Shown here: in pieces, positions 27,569-37,135 of the stretch
Layout of the letters: every line of letters begins with the position of its first letter
Numbering within the stretch: the stretch's first letter is position 1
Source of the DNA: an uncultured Bacilli bacterium
GTDB lineage: Bacteria > Bacillota_I > Bacilli_A > RF39 > UBA660
Direction: 5' to 3'
DNA: 64,000 bases
Assembly (NCBI GenBank): GCA_947623925.1
Contig: CANQID010000001.1
Location: forward strand, 130,684-194,683
Position numbers and translations under genes: made by a program
The notes under the pieces: generated by a model
What the model saw: only the letters and a program-made list of their open reading frames with translations
Told to the model about the DNA's origin: nothing
The model's database searches: none

Positions 27569-29650
27569 CTATAAACAAGTTTCTATTTTTAATTTACCAT
27601 TTTTAATTTTAAATAATATACTTCCATTTAAATCTGTTCTATATATTTTTGAACTTTCTAAGTTATTTAAAGTTTCTTTATTAGGATGAGAATACCTATT
27701 GTTTTTACCAACAGATATTAATGAATACTTAGGATTAATTTTATTTATAAACAGTTTACTACTACTTGTTTTACTTCCATGATGACCTACTTTTAATACA
27801 TCTATATTATTTAAGTTATATTTTTGTAATAAATTTTTTTCTACATTCGATCCAGCATCACCCATAAAAAGAAATGAATAATTGTTTAATTTTGTATAAA
27901 TTATGTTTGAATTATCATTTTCATTATCATATTGTTCTGTATTCAAAAAATATAGTTCATTATTGCTTATATTTATTTTATTAATACAACTATAATATGG
28001 GATATTTTTATTATTTAATACTTTAATAAGTTGTTTTTCCAAATCATTAAACTCACCACAATTAAATATTACTTTATTTACTTTAAAATTATTAACTATA
28101 TTTATTGCTTCTCCCATATGATCGAAATCTCCATGAGATAATATTAAATAATCTAATTTTTTAATTCCCATTGATTTTATATATGGAATTGTTGTCTTAT
28201 TTGCTATTGAATAGTTTATACTATTATAATTTACTATACCTCCTGTATCTAATAAAATATTTCCTTTATTATAAGGTAATTGAATTAATATTGAATCTCC
28301 TTGTCCTACATCAATCATAGTTATAGTAGTATTACTATTTAAATAATTAATATTTGAATATAAAAATATAAAAATTAAAATGAATAATATGTATACATAT
28401 TTTTTTAATAAAAATTTATTTAATGTTAAATACATAATTAAATAATATAAAAATATTGTAAATACATCCATTTTTTTTAAAATAATTGTTAGATTAAAAA
28501 AATTATTTATTAATATAGAAATATTTTCCATAATATTTAATACATTATAAAATATATTATCTAATATTGGTATAAATAATGTTATTAATGAAAAAGGAAA
28601 TATTATAATAGAAATTATAGGTACAAATATTAAGTTTATAAATGGTGTTAATAAATTAATTTCAAAAAAATTATTTATAAGGATTGGTATACTAAGTAAA
28701 AAAGCAATAAGTGAAGTTATAAATAATTTTGTAAAATAATTTTTAAAATTGTTTATTTTTTTTGAAAATAATATTAATCCAATTGAAATTAAAAATGTAA
28801 AAATAAAACCTATGTTATATATATAAAATGGATTATATAATAATAAAATACACAATATAAATATAATTATTTCAATGGTTTTAAATTTTAAATTATATTT
28901 ATTATTAATATATATAAATAAAAATAATAAAAATGCTCTTAAAATCGATGGAGAAAAATTAGTTATAAATGAATAAAACAATAAAAATATTATAGTTAAT
29001 AAGTAACAAAAATTTTTGTTTTTTATAAAACTATTTAGTATAAATATTAATATAGAAGAAATAAGCGCAATATGCATACCCGATACTGCAAATAAATGAC
29101 TTATTCCATTATTTCTAAATGTTTCTTTTATATCATCATCTAATAAATTATTATCTCCTAGTATAAAAGTATTTAAATAATCTTTACTTTTAAATTTATT
29201 AATATATGAAGTTAAAAATCCTTTAATTTTAATTAATATATTATTTGTATTTCTAATAAATGTTATTTTTGAAGCGTTACATATGAAATATATTTTTTCA
29301 CTTAATAAATAATTTTTATAATTAAATAGATTAAAGTTAGTATTTTGTTTTGGATATTCTATTCTACCTTCTACTTTAATTATATCTCCTACTTTTAAAT
29401 AGGAATAATCATTATTATAAGTATAATAATTAACTAATATTTTTTCTTTTGATTTTAATTTAATTGTCAATTTATTATTACTAACTTTAATATTTAAAAT
29501 TTCACCAATAAAAATATTTTCAGAAGGAATATTTTTTTCTTTACTAAATATAAATGAAAATATACATCTTATTAATACTAATATTATAAGTAATATTTTA
29601 AATAATAATATAATCTTTGATTTTTTCAAATAGTGAATCTCCAATACCAC
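27569..29650 (-). CDS. comEC: DNA internalization competence protein ComEC/Rec2
   Basis: polytopic competence domain and C-terminal metallo-beta-lactamase domain (MIDVGQGDS, LSHGDFDHMG, VGHHGS); the track start overlaps comEA by ~50 nt, so the true start may be internal. Confidence 0.9.
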   Translation of the reverse strand: MVLEIHYLKKSKIILLFKILLIILVLIRCIFSFIFSKEKNIPSENIFIGEILNIKVSNNKLTIKLKSKEKILVNYYTYNNDYSYLKVGDIIKVEGRIEYPKQNTNFNLFNYKNYLLSEKIYFICNASKITFIRNTNNILIKIKGFLTSYINKFKSKDYLNTFILGDNNLLDDDIKETFRNNGISHLFAVSGMHIALISSILIFILNSFIKNKNFCYLLTIIFLLFYSFITNFSPSILRAFLLFLFIYINNKYNLKFKTIEIIIFILCILLLYNPFYIYNIGFIFTFLISIGLILFSKKINNFKNYFTKLFITSLIAFLLSIPILINNFFEINLLTPFINLIFVPIISIIIFPFSLITLFIPILDNIFYNVLNIMENISILINNFFNLTIILKKMDVFTIFLYYLIMYLTLNKFLLKKYVYILFILIFIFLYSNINYLNSNTTITMIDVGQGDSILIQLPYNKGNILLDTGGIVNYNSINYSIANKTTIPYIKSMGIKKLDYLILSHGDFDHMGEAINIVNNFKVNKVIFNCGEFNDLEKQLIKVLNNKNIPYYSCINKINISNNELYFLNTEQYDNENDNSNIIYTKLNNYSFLFMGDAGSNVEKNLLQKYNLNNIDVLKVGHHGSKTSSSKLFINKINPKYSLISVGKNNRYSHPNKETLNNLESSKIYRTDLNGSILFKIKNGKLKIETCL

Positions 29651-30335
29651 TTACATTTTTTATATCTTCAATAGTTTTAAAATTACCATTTTTATTTCTA
29701 TAGTTAATTATTGCTTCTGCTTTAGAATCTCCTATTCCAGATATAGAAGTTAATTGTTCTTTAGTTGCAGTATTTATTGATATTTTAGTTGTAGAATTAG
29801 TTGTAGAATTACTATTAGTTTTATCTATATTTTCAGGTTGTTCAGTATTGTTGTTTTGTGTAGAATTACTAATACAAGCATCATTTGTAATATCTGGGCA
29901 ATTACATTCTGTTTCTATATATTTTATTATTGTTTGTGTATTATTTTTAGATAATGCTTTAATTTCTTCTTTTGTATATATTTTAATAACCATTTCATCA
30001 GTTACTTTTTTACTTAAATTTATAAGTGAAACATCAGAATTTTTTGTAAGACCACCTGCTTTTTTTATAACATCATCTACTCTATCTCCTTCATTCATTT
30101 CGTATACTCCGGGGTTAGTAATACTACCTTTAATATCAACTTTTATTTTTTCATTTTTTGTTTCTGTTTGAATATTTTCTTCATGTTCTTGAATAGAATT
30201 GTTTTCTTCTGTTTTTATTTCTTCTTCTATAGTCATACTTTTATTATTGTTTAGAAATATAAAAATACATACACCACATATTAATAAAAGAACAATTAGA
30301 ATATAAATTTTATATTTATCAATATATTGTTTCAT
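29598..30335 (-). CDS. comEA: competence protein ComEA (SLBB + tandem helix-hairpin-helix DNA-binding domain)
   Basis: TM anchor, SLBB-like VDIKGSITNPGVYEM, C-terminal INTATKEQLTSISGIGDSKAEAIINYR..NG.F..IEDIKNVSGIG. Confidence 0.9.
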   Translation of the reverse strand: MKQYIDKYKIYILIVLLLICGVCIFIFLNNNKSMTIEEEIKTEENNSIQEHEENIQTETKNEKIKVDIKGSITNPGVYEMNEGDRVDDVIKKAGGLTKNSDVSLINLSKKVTDEMVIKIYTKEEIKALSKNNTQTIIKYIETECNCPDITNDACISNSTQNNNTEQPENIDKTNSNSTTNSTTKISINTATKEQLTSISGIGDSKAEAIINYRNKNGNFKTIEDIKNVSGIGDSLFEKIKDYIII

Positions 30336-30387
30336 TTTTCACCTCCTCAATTATTAAATACTATATTTATTTTGAGATTCCTTTTTA

Positions 30388-30424
30388 ATAAATAAAAAAA
30401 ACATCTAGTAATAACTAGATGTTT
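30388..30424 (-). terminator. terminator after the zinc-ribbon protein gene
   Basis: 11-bp hairpin aaacatctagt/actagatgttt followed on minus strand by TTTTTTATT. Confidence 0.75.
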
Positions 30425-31811
30425 AATTTTGATAACTTAATTGATGCCACTGATCACTTAAACTGTTATTTTTATATACCATAAATCCAAATATAACATT
30501 ACCATCTTTATCATACAATTTTATTCCGGGTTGATATTCAAATGAATTTAATATTTCATCACTTTTAAACGTGCAATCAACATCAATAGGCTCTCCTACA
30601 TTAGATTTTCTAGTATAATGACAAGTTCCATCTACATTAAGTGTTAAAACTTCATCATCTTCTTTAAATCCTAAGTCTTCTAATTCACTAACATCAAATT
30701 TATATGTTCCATAAGCAAGTGTTGCATTTCCAACTTGATATCCTTTTTTTAATTCTTCTTCTTTTTTCTTTTCTACTTCCTCTTCTGCTTTTTTCATTTC
30801 TTCTATTTTAGAAGTAATTGTTTTCTTTCCTTCTTCAACTTTGTTTTTAATGTCATCATCTATAAGTTTATCTTGTGGTTGATATTGTTTAATTGTATCA
30901 ATAATTAAATTTTTTAATTCTTTTATTTTTAAATCATTAGTATAATCTGATGTATTATTTTGAATATTTAATTTTATGAATGTTTTATCAAATTTTAAAA
31001 TATATAATTCATTTCCATCCACATCGATTACACTATCTTTTTCATCTTTTTTAAATATATAATTTTTATCATTATTATTTATTTTATCTATTATTTTTTT
31101 ATATGTTTCACTATCATTGTTTGATGTATATATATAATAATCATAATTATTTTCTTCTATGTTGTATAAAAATTGTATATTTGTTGGTTCATCAAATGAA
31201 ATTTCATTTACATCGTCATCTGTTATATAGTAAATATTTGCATAATCGTTATTTTCTTTTTTATATGTAATTATCATAATAGGATTTTCTATATTTTTTA
31301 TTTCATAAAAACCTATTTTAGAATCATTTAAATTTTCTGGTAAATTTGTGTCTTTTCCTTCTTGTATTTCTTTTAAATATGTATAATATTTTTGACCCCA
31401 TTCTTCTTTAATAGGTGAAGATAAATCAATAAATTGATATAAAAAGTATCCTAAAACAATTAATATGCAAGCACCTATTATAGATATTAAAGTAATTATA
31501 AGTGGTTTCTTACTTTTCTTTTCCTTTTTTAAATCAATTTTTTTAGAATTTATTTTTTTTTCTTGTTTAATTTTTTTAGTCTCTTCACTTTCTTTATTTT
31601 TTGCTTCAGATGTTTTTTCATATGTATTTTCTACTGAATCAAGTTTTTCTGAAGATTGTTCTTCTTCAATATTTTTTTCTTCATAAGATGGTTTAGTTTC
31701 ATCTTCATTTGAAATATCTTTTTCTTCAGGTTCATTATTTACTTTTTTACCACAATTTGTACAAAAAATTGCATCCTTTTCTAATTTTTCTCCACAATTT
31801 TCACAATACAT
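30423..31811 (-). CDS. zinc-ribbon domain membrane protein
   Basis: N-terminal CxxC...CxxC (MYCENCGEKL..FCTNCGKK), Glu/Lys-rich linker, single TM, extracytoplasmic domain. Confidence 0.7.
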   Translation of the reverse strand: MYCENCGEKLEKDAIFCTNCGKKVNNEPEEKDISNEDETKPSYEEKNIEEEQSSEKLDSVENTYEKTSEAKNKESEETKKIKQEKKINSKKIDLKKEKKSKKPLIITLISIIGACILIVLGYFLYQFIDLSSPIKEEWGQKYYTYLKEIQEGKDTNLPENLNDSKIGFYEIKNIENPIMIITYKKENNDYANIYYITDDDVNEISFDEPTNIQFLYNIEENNYDYYIYTSNNDSETYKKIIDKINNNDKNYIFKKDEKDSVIDVDGNELYILKFDKTFIKLNIQNNTSDYTNDLKIKELKNLIIDTIKQYQPQDKLIDDDIKNKVEEGKKTITSKIEEMKKAEEEVEKKKEEELKKGYQVGNATLAYGTYKFDVSELEDLGFKEDDEVLTLNVDGTCHYTRKSNVGEPIDVDCTFKSDEILNSFEYQPGIKLYDKDGNVIFGFMVYKNNSLSDQWHQLSYQN

Positions 31812-31904
31812 AAAAATCCTCCTTCTGTATTTATTTAATTATATCATATTTTATACATAGAAATACATTTTTAAAACTTTTTTTATAAGTTAATGGAAAA
31901 ATTA

Positions 31905-31938
31905 ATATAAAAACTATTGATTTTTAAATCAATAGTTT
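31905..31938 (-). terminator. terminator-like hairpin at the end of the pilin-like gene
   Basis: inverted repeat aaactattgattt/aaatcaatagttt overlapping the stop codon, T-rich tail. Confidence 0.5.
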
Positions 31939-32807
31939 GTTCTATTATCAACATCTGTTATTTCTATCTCACCATATTTCCCTGTTACAAATGTACAATT
32001 TGCATCAGTATCATCAACTCCATCTATCACACTACACCAATTAAATGCTCTACCTGTTTTATTTACTATAATTCTTGAATTGCTAATATTATATCTACTA
32101 ACAATACCTACAAAAGCGCTTTCTCCAATGGAAACAACAGTTTTAGGGATAACAATATAACCTATATCATAACTTTCACCACTATAGTCAGGATAACAAT
32201 CATCTGGACAAATAGTTTGATAAAGTTTTATATAAGGGAAAGCATTATCTGCTATAGCAATTACATCTATTCCATCTATCTTTGATGGTATAATTAAACT
32301 TGATCCAGATCCATCTATACATGAAGCTCCAGTTATAGTTCCTGTTGCTGAATCAAAATCAAAATTTAAACAAGGAGCAAGTACTTCCTCTTCTTCCGAT
32401 TCTGTACTTGTTCCATCACAACTACCTTTTTCTACATTTGTTACTTCATCATTTTCTATACTTACTTTATATTCGTTTATTGTTAGACATCCTTCACTTA
32501 CTTTTCCATTATTATATGTTAAATGTCCTCCTTTTGCCATTGTTCCTTCTACTTCTATTTTATTATCTTCTAAATATCCATTTTCATCTACATTAAGTGT
32601 ACCATTTAATGTAAAATTGCTTCCTTTTAATAATTCTTTTGAATAAAATATATTTACTCCTTCCATATATCCATATGCTGATGATCTTGCTGCTCCTTTT
32701 CTTGATGATTCCACTATATTTATTATTAATGGTACTGTTATTAACGCTATTATTGCAAGTATTACTATTACTGCTAATAATTCTACTAGTGTAAATCCTT
32801 TTCTCAT
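31929..32807 (-). CDS. prepilin-type N-terminal domain protein with a large C-terminal domain containing BspA-like LRR motifs
   Basis: class III signal MRKGFTLVELLAVIVILAIIA; C-terminal IIPSKIDGIDVIAIADNAFP and IVIPKTVVSIGESAFVG segments resemble LRR_5 repeats. Confidence 0.75.
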   Translation of the reverse strand: MRKGFTLVELLAVIVILAIIALITVPLIINIVESSRKGAARSSAYGYMEGVNIFYSKELLKGSNFTLNGTLNVDENGYLEDNKIEVEGTMAKGGHLTYNNGKVSEGCLTINEYKVSIENDEVTNVEKGSCDGTSTESEEEEVLAPCLNFDFDSATGTITGASCIDGSGSSLIIPSKIDGIDVIAIADNAFPYIKLYQTICPDDCYPDYSGESYDIGYIVIPKTVVSIGESAFVGIVSRYNISNSRIIVNKTGRAFNWCSVIDGVDDTDANCTFVTGKYGEIEITDVDNRTNY

Positions 32808-32933
32808 TTACAACTCTCCTATCTTAAATATATAATATATAAACTTTATAACTTTTGTCAAGTATTGTATAAAAATAATATTTAAAAAATAATTATTTTA
32901 CTATCTACTTTACAGATTTATATAAAATATTAA

Positions 32934-34100
32934 TTACAATTTTATTTTTTCTCTTCTTGTTTCAATATTAACTCTTTGAACAATTGCAAGAGATACAATC
33001 AACGATAAAGTAAATGACCCACCATAACTTAAAAATGGAAGTGGTACACCTGTAAGTGGCATAATAGCAAGAAGTCCACCTAAATTTACTAACATGTGCA
33101 TAAATATATAAGATGCAACTCCAAGACAAATATATCTACCTCTTATTGTTGATGCATTTGCAGAAATTTTAAGTATTCTATATACAACATAAAACATAAA
33201 AATTAAAATAATTGAGCCTTTTATAAAACCTTGCTCCTCTGCAATTATAGAAAATACCATATCAGTGTGTGGTTCTGGTATATAAGAATATTTTTGCTTA
33301 CTATTACCAATACCACTACCTAGAAGTCCACCATTATTTATTGCAATAAAACCATTACATATTTGATATCCTCCTGTTTCATAATTACTACATGGACTAA
33401 AAAAATTAAAACGAGAAAGTTGCGCACTACTAAGTACATGACCTGTAACAACTTGCATAATAAGTATTGCAATTACACCAAGAACAGTAAGTAACCCTAC
33501 AGTTTTTGCTTTTTCAATTTTTAGTATTGGACTTGCAAAAAACATTATAAAAAATATACATACCATTATAAACATAGTACCTAAATCTTTTTGTAAGAAT
33601 ATAATTGCTGGTAACATAAGTCCTACAAAAAGTACTAATCCAATTAAATTATAATGTTTCTTATTTCTATTTCTAAAAGTTTTATAAAAACTATCAAATA
33701 TTAATGATAAACATACAATTATAATCGGTTTTGCAAATTCACTTGGTTGAAATGAAAAACCCAAAACACTTATCCAGTTTTTTGCTCCTCTACTAAAAGA
33801 ACCATATAAAAGTAAATAAACAAGTATAGAACCGATTATTAAAAATGCTAATGTAAATATTGGTTTATAACTTTTTGTATTCATTTTAAAAAGTATCAAA
33901 CTTGCTATTAAACCTACAACTAAAATAGATAGTTGTTTTATAAAATAATAATATATAGAAACGCCATATCTTTCAACAGCCTCATTACTAGAAGCAGTAA
34001 CTATATTAAATAAACCAAATATAAATAATCCAATTGTAATAAAAAGTAATGGTTTATCTAAATCACGATATGTATTTTTTACACCTTTCATATAATTCAC
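32934..34100 (-). CDS. FtsW/RodA/SpoVE family peptidoglycan glycosyltransferase
   Basis: 10-TM SEDS protein, motifs SEFAKP, PEPHTDMVFS, GVPLPFLSYGGS. Confidence 0.9.
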   Translation of the reverse strand: MNYMKGVKNTYRDLDKPLLFITIGLFIFGLFNIVTASSNEAVERYGVSIYYYFIKQLSILVVGLIASLILFKMNTKSYKPIFTLAFLIIGSILVYLLLYGSFSRGAKNWISVLGFSFQPSEFAKPIIIVCLSLIFDSFYKTFRNRNKKHYNLIGLVLFVGLMLPAIIFLQKDLGTMFIMVCIFFIMFFASPILKIEKAKTVGLLTVLGVIAILIMQVVTGHVLSSAQLSRFNFFSPCSNYETGGYQICNGFIAINNGGLLGSGIGNSKQKYSYIPEPHTDMVFSIIAEEQGFIKGSIILIFMFYVVYRILKISANASTIRGRYICLGVASYIFMHMLVNLGGLLAIMPLTGVPLPFLSYGGSFTLSLIVSLAIVQRVNIETRREKIKL

Positions 34101-34232
34101 CTACTATTATATAATAACACATATTTTAATTTAATAAAATATTTGATTTAGAAAAACAAAAAAATATAGACATTTTATATAACATAATTTAAATATATTT
34201 AATAAACTATATTAGGAAATGGAGGTATTAAT

Positions 34233-34409
34233 ATGTATTACTATGGTGGATACCAAGGATATGGTTGCGGTCAGCCTTGTGGTGGCGGATACTCTAATGG
34301 TGGAGGCTACGGATATGGTGCTGGATACGGTGCTGCTATCATATTAGTATTATTCATATTATTAGTTATTGTAATAGGTGCTCGTGCTTTCGGACCAGGT
34401 CAAAACTAA
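34233..34409 (+). CDS. YjcZ-like Gly/Tyr-rich sporulation miniprotein (58 aa, absent from the ORF track)
   Basis: hand translation MYYYGGYQGYGCGQPCGGGYSNGGGYGYGAGYGAAIILVLFILLVIVIGARAFGPGQN; GGAGG RBS 8 nt upstream; strong terminator directly downstream; local GC rise from GGN/TAY codons. Confidence 0.75.
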   Translation: MYYYGGYQGYGCGQPCGGGYSNGGGYGYGAGYGAAIILVLFILLVIVIGARAFGPGQN

Positions 34410-34415
34410 TATTTA

Positions 34416-34450
34416 AAACTTCGAAATTTCGAAGTTTCTTTTATTTTTTA
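34416..34450 (+). terminator. intrinsic terminator after the miniprotein gene
   Basis: palindrome aaacttcgaa-at-ttcgaagttt followed by CTTTTATTTTTT. Confidence 0.75.
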
Positions 34451-34488
34451 TAATTTTGTGTTAAAATAATATTCATGGAGTTGGTATT

Positions 34489-35037
34489 ATGTTTAAGAAA
34501 CTTAATATTTTAGACGAAAAAGAAAAAAGTTTAAGAAAAAAATCAATTGATGTTGTTTTTCCTTTAACAAAAGAAGACAAAAAACTAATAAAACAAGCAA
34601 TTCAAGAACTAACATATAGTCAAATAGAAGAATATGAAAAAAAATATAACTTAAGACCTGGAATGGGGCTTGCATTTCCACAACTTGGACTAAATAAAAG
34701 GATAATAATAATCGTACATGAATATGAAGAAGGTAAATTTGATAATTATGTAGTTATTAACCCAAAGATTATAAGTAACTCCGAAGAAATGATTGCAGCA
34801 GAAGCTGGTGAAGGATGCTTAAGTGTAAATAGAGATGTCGAAGGACATGTTGCTAGATATGCAAGAGTTACTGTTGAAGGGTTTGATGAAAACGGAAATA
34901 AAATAAGAATTAGAGCAAGAGAAGATTTATCTATAGCATTTCAACATGAAATAGATCATTTAAATGGAATATTATTTTTTGATAGAATAAATAAAAATAA
35001 ACCTTTCTTTAATGAAAATGAAATAAGACTAATATAA
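34489..35037 (+). CDS. def: peptide deformylase
   Basis: three PDF motifs GMGLAFPQ, EGCLS, HEIDHLNG. Confidence 0.95.
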   Translation: MFKKLNILDEKEKSLRKKSIDVVFPLTKEDKKLIKQAIQELTYSQIEEYEKKYNLRPGMGLAFPQLGLNKRIIIIVHEYEEGKFDNYVVINPKIISNSEEMIAAEAGEGCLSVNRDVEGHVARYARVTVEGFDENGNKIRIRAREDLSIAFQHEIDHLNGILFFDRINKNKPFFNENEIRLI

Positions 35038-35061
35038 AAACGGAATTAATCCGTTTTTTTT
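35037..35061. terminator. bidirectional terminator between def and queH
   Basis: hairpin aaaacgga/tccgtttt with A-run and T-run flanks. Confidence 0.8.
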
Positions 35062-35660
35062 GAATAAATACACCCACAATAATTTTGTCTATATAAATTA
35101 TATATTTTAGATAGTTCTATACTTCTTTTATACCCTTCCTTTTTTTTAAAATCAGAATATAAATATTTAATATTATATTTTTTTTCTAAATCAGAACCAA
35201 TTTTATTTATAATTTGTGAATTTTTATAAGGACTCACAGTTAATGTAGTAGAAAAATAATCAAAATCATTTTCTTTTGCAAGTTGAGCAGTTTTTTCTAA
35301 TCTAAGTTTATAGCATTTATGACATCTACTTCCGCCCTCTTTTTCATTCTCCAAGCCTTTTACTATATTTTCATATTCATTATTATCATAATTACATTCT
35401 AATATATTTATTTTATTTTGTACATTTAATTCATTTATCAATCTTATTTGTTCATCAAGTCTTTTTTTATATTCATTATAAGGATATATATTAGGGTTAT
35501 AATATAATATCGTAATTTTAAAATATTTATTTAAATATTCTAATACATAACTACTACAAGGACCACAACAACTATGTAAAAGTAATGTTGGTAGTTTATT
35601 TTCATTTTCTTTAATTATTTCTTCAAGTTTTAATTGATAATTTATGTTCATGTATTTCAC
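35046..35660 (-). CDS. queH: epoxyqueuosine reductase QueH (DUF208)
   Basis: LLHSCCGPCS motif and C-terminal CGC; ~200 aa. Confidence 0.85.
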   Translation of the reverse strand: MKYMNINYQLKLEEIIKENENKLPTLLLHSCCGPCSSYVLEYLNKYFKITILYYNPNIYPYNEYKKRLDEQIRLINELNVQNKINILECNYDNNEYENIVKGLENEKEGGSRCHKCYKLRLEKTAQLAKENDFDYFSTTLTVSPYKNSQIINKIGSDLEKKYNIKYLYSDFKKKEGYKRSIELSKIYNLYRQNYCGCIYSKKTD

Positions 35661-35663
35661 CTA

Positions 35664-37115
35664 CTATTTAGTTTTTTTTAAAGTATATTGTCCATCAATA
35701 TTTTCAAATGTCAATGTCATTTTATCATTGAAACCATTTGAAAGAACATCAAAAGTAGCATTATTAAATAATTCGTCTACTATTTTATTTAATGATCTAG
35801 CACCTGTATTTTGAATATATGCTTTTTTTACTATTTCATCAATTATTTCATCAGAAATTATAACATTAATATTAAGTTTACTAAATGTTTCTATATTTGC
35901 TTTTAAAGAACTTATTTTTGATTGAAGTAATATATTTTTTAAATCTTCTTTCGTTAAATCATTTAACTTAATTATTAAACTAAACCTACCAATAAACTCT
36001 TTAGGTAACCCATAACTAACAAAATCATCTGTTTTATATTCATTTGTATCTTCAATGCAATTATTAAAACCTATTTTTTTATTTTTTTCTAATTTTTCAT
36101 TTTTTAATTGTTGAAATGCACCACTAGCAATTATTGTTAAGTATGAAGTATCAAATTTTATTAATTCATTACCAAGTCTAAATTCAAAAATACCACCTTC
36201 TATTATTTTTAATAATGAATTTAATACTGCAGTATTTGAAATTCCAATATCATTTGAAAATGAAGAATTAGGAACTTTCTTATCAATTTCATCTAAACAT
36301 AATATTCCTCTTTCAGCTAAATCCAAATTATAGTCTGATTCTATATATAGATTTTTAAGCAATTCTTCAACATTATGCCCTGTATAACCTGCTTGGGTAT
36401 AATTATTCATATCTTCAATTACTATAGGTAATTTAATAATATCTCTTATTTGTCTTAATATTTCAGTTTTACCCATACCAGAATTTCCATATAAAATTAT
36501 GTTTGTTTTAAACCTTGAATCATTTATTAAAAAATTTTTATAAATTGCAGTTAATATTTTTTTAATAGCATCATCTTGAGAAATAACATTTTCTTTAATT
36601 GATAAATATACAGAATTTATATTTGGAAAATTAATTTCTTTTTTTTCTTCTAAACTATCATTGTTATTTTCTTCATTATTAATATTCATTAATTCATTTA
36701 ATATATCTTCTTGTGAAATTGAATTTTCACAAAAATCATATTTTTTTGAAAACAATTTTTTAGGCATACTTTTTACTTGCATAGAATCATCAATATAATA
36801 AACATTGTTACTAAGTAAATCAGTTTTTTTATTAATAATTCCTTTTATTGTATTAACATTATACTTTTTAAGTAATTTATCAATAGAATGTGCATCATAA
36901 TAAGCATACATCTCATCTTTATCTAAAATAGCTTCATTTACGTTTTTATATACTTCGCCATCACCTAAATCTAAAAAATATTTAGAATTATCCATTGTAT
37001 TCCCAATAATTATTCTTTCTGGTTGTAATACAATCAAACTATCATTAATTAAATTAATATTAAATAAAGTGGCTAATTTAGTTTTTTTTAATATTTTTTT
37101 ATAATTTTTTTCCAT
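35664..37115 (-). CDS. ClpX-like AAA+ ATPase with a non-canonical N-terminal domain
   Basis: Walker A YGNSGMGKTE, AGYTG pore-loop equivalent, Walker B LCLDEIDK, LLKIIEGG, KIGF; the ~190 N-terminal residues have only one Cys (no C4 zinc-binding domain). Confidence 0.7.
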   Translation of the reverse strand: MEKNYKKILKKTKLATLFNINLINDSLIVLQPERIIIGNTMDNSKYFLDLGDGEVYKNVNEAILDKDEMYAYYDAHSIDKLLKKYNVNTIKGIINKKTDLLSNNVYYIDDSMQVKSMPKKLFSKKYDFCENSISQEDILNELMNINNEENNNDSLEEKKEINFPNINSVYLSIKENVISQDDAIKKILTAIYKNFLINDSRFKTNIILYGNSGMGKTEILRQIRDIIKLPIVIEDMNNYTQAGYTGHNVEELLKNLYIESDYNLDLAERGILCLDEIDKKVPNSSFSNDIGISNTAVLNSLLKIIEGGIFEFRLGNELIKFDTSYLTIIASGAFQQLKNEKLEKNKKIGFNNCIEDTNEYKTDDFVSYGLPKEFIGRFSLIIKLNDLTKEDLKNILLQSKISSLKANIETFSKLNINVIISDEIIDEIVKKAYIQNTGARSLNKIVDELFNNATFDVLSNGFNDKMTLTFENIDGQYTLKKTK

Positions 37116-37135
37116 AAAATCCCCCTTGTTAATTA

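Noticed and set aside
34100-34232. Tried to assign a SigK/SigE sporulation promoter to the YjcZ-like miniprotein gene (CATAATTTA resembles the SigK -10 CATAnnnTA)
   Set aside because: No AC-type -35 element lies at the required ~16-17 nt spacing. In sequence this AT-rich the -10-like match is expected by chance.
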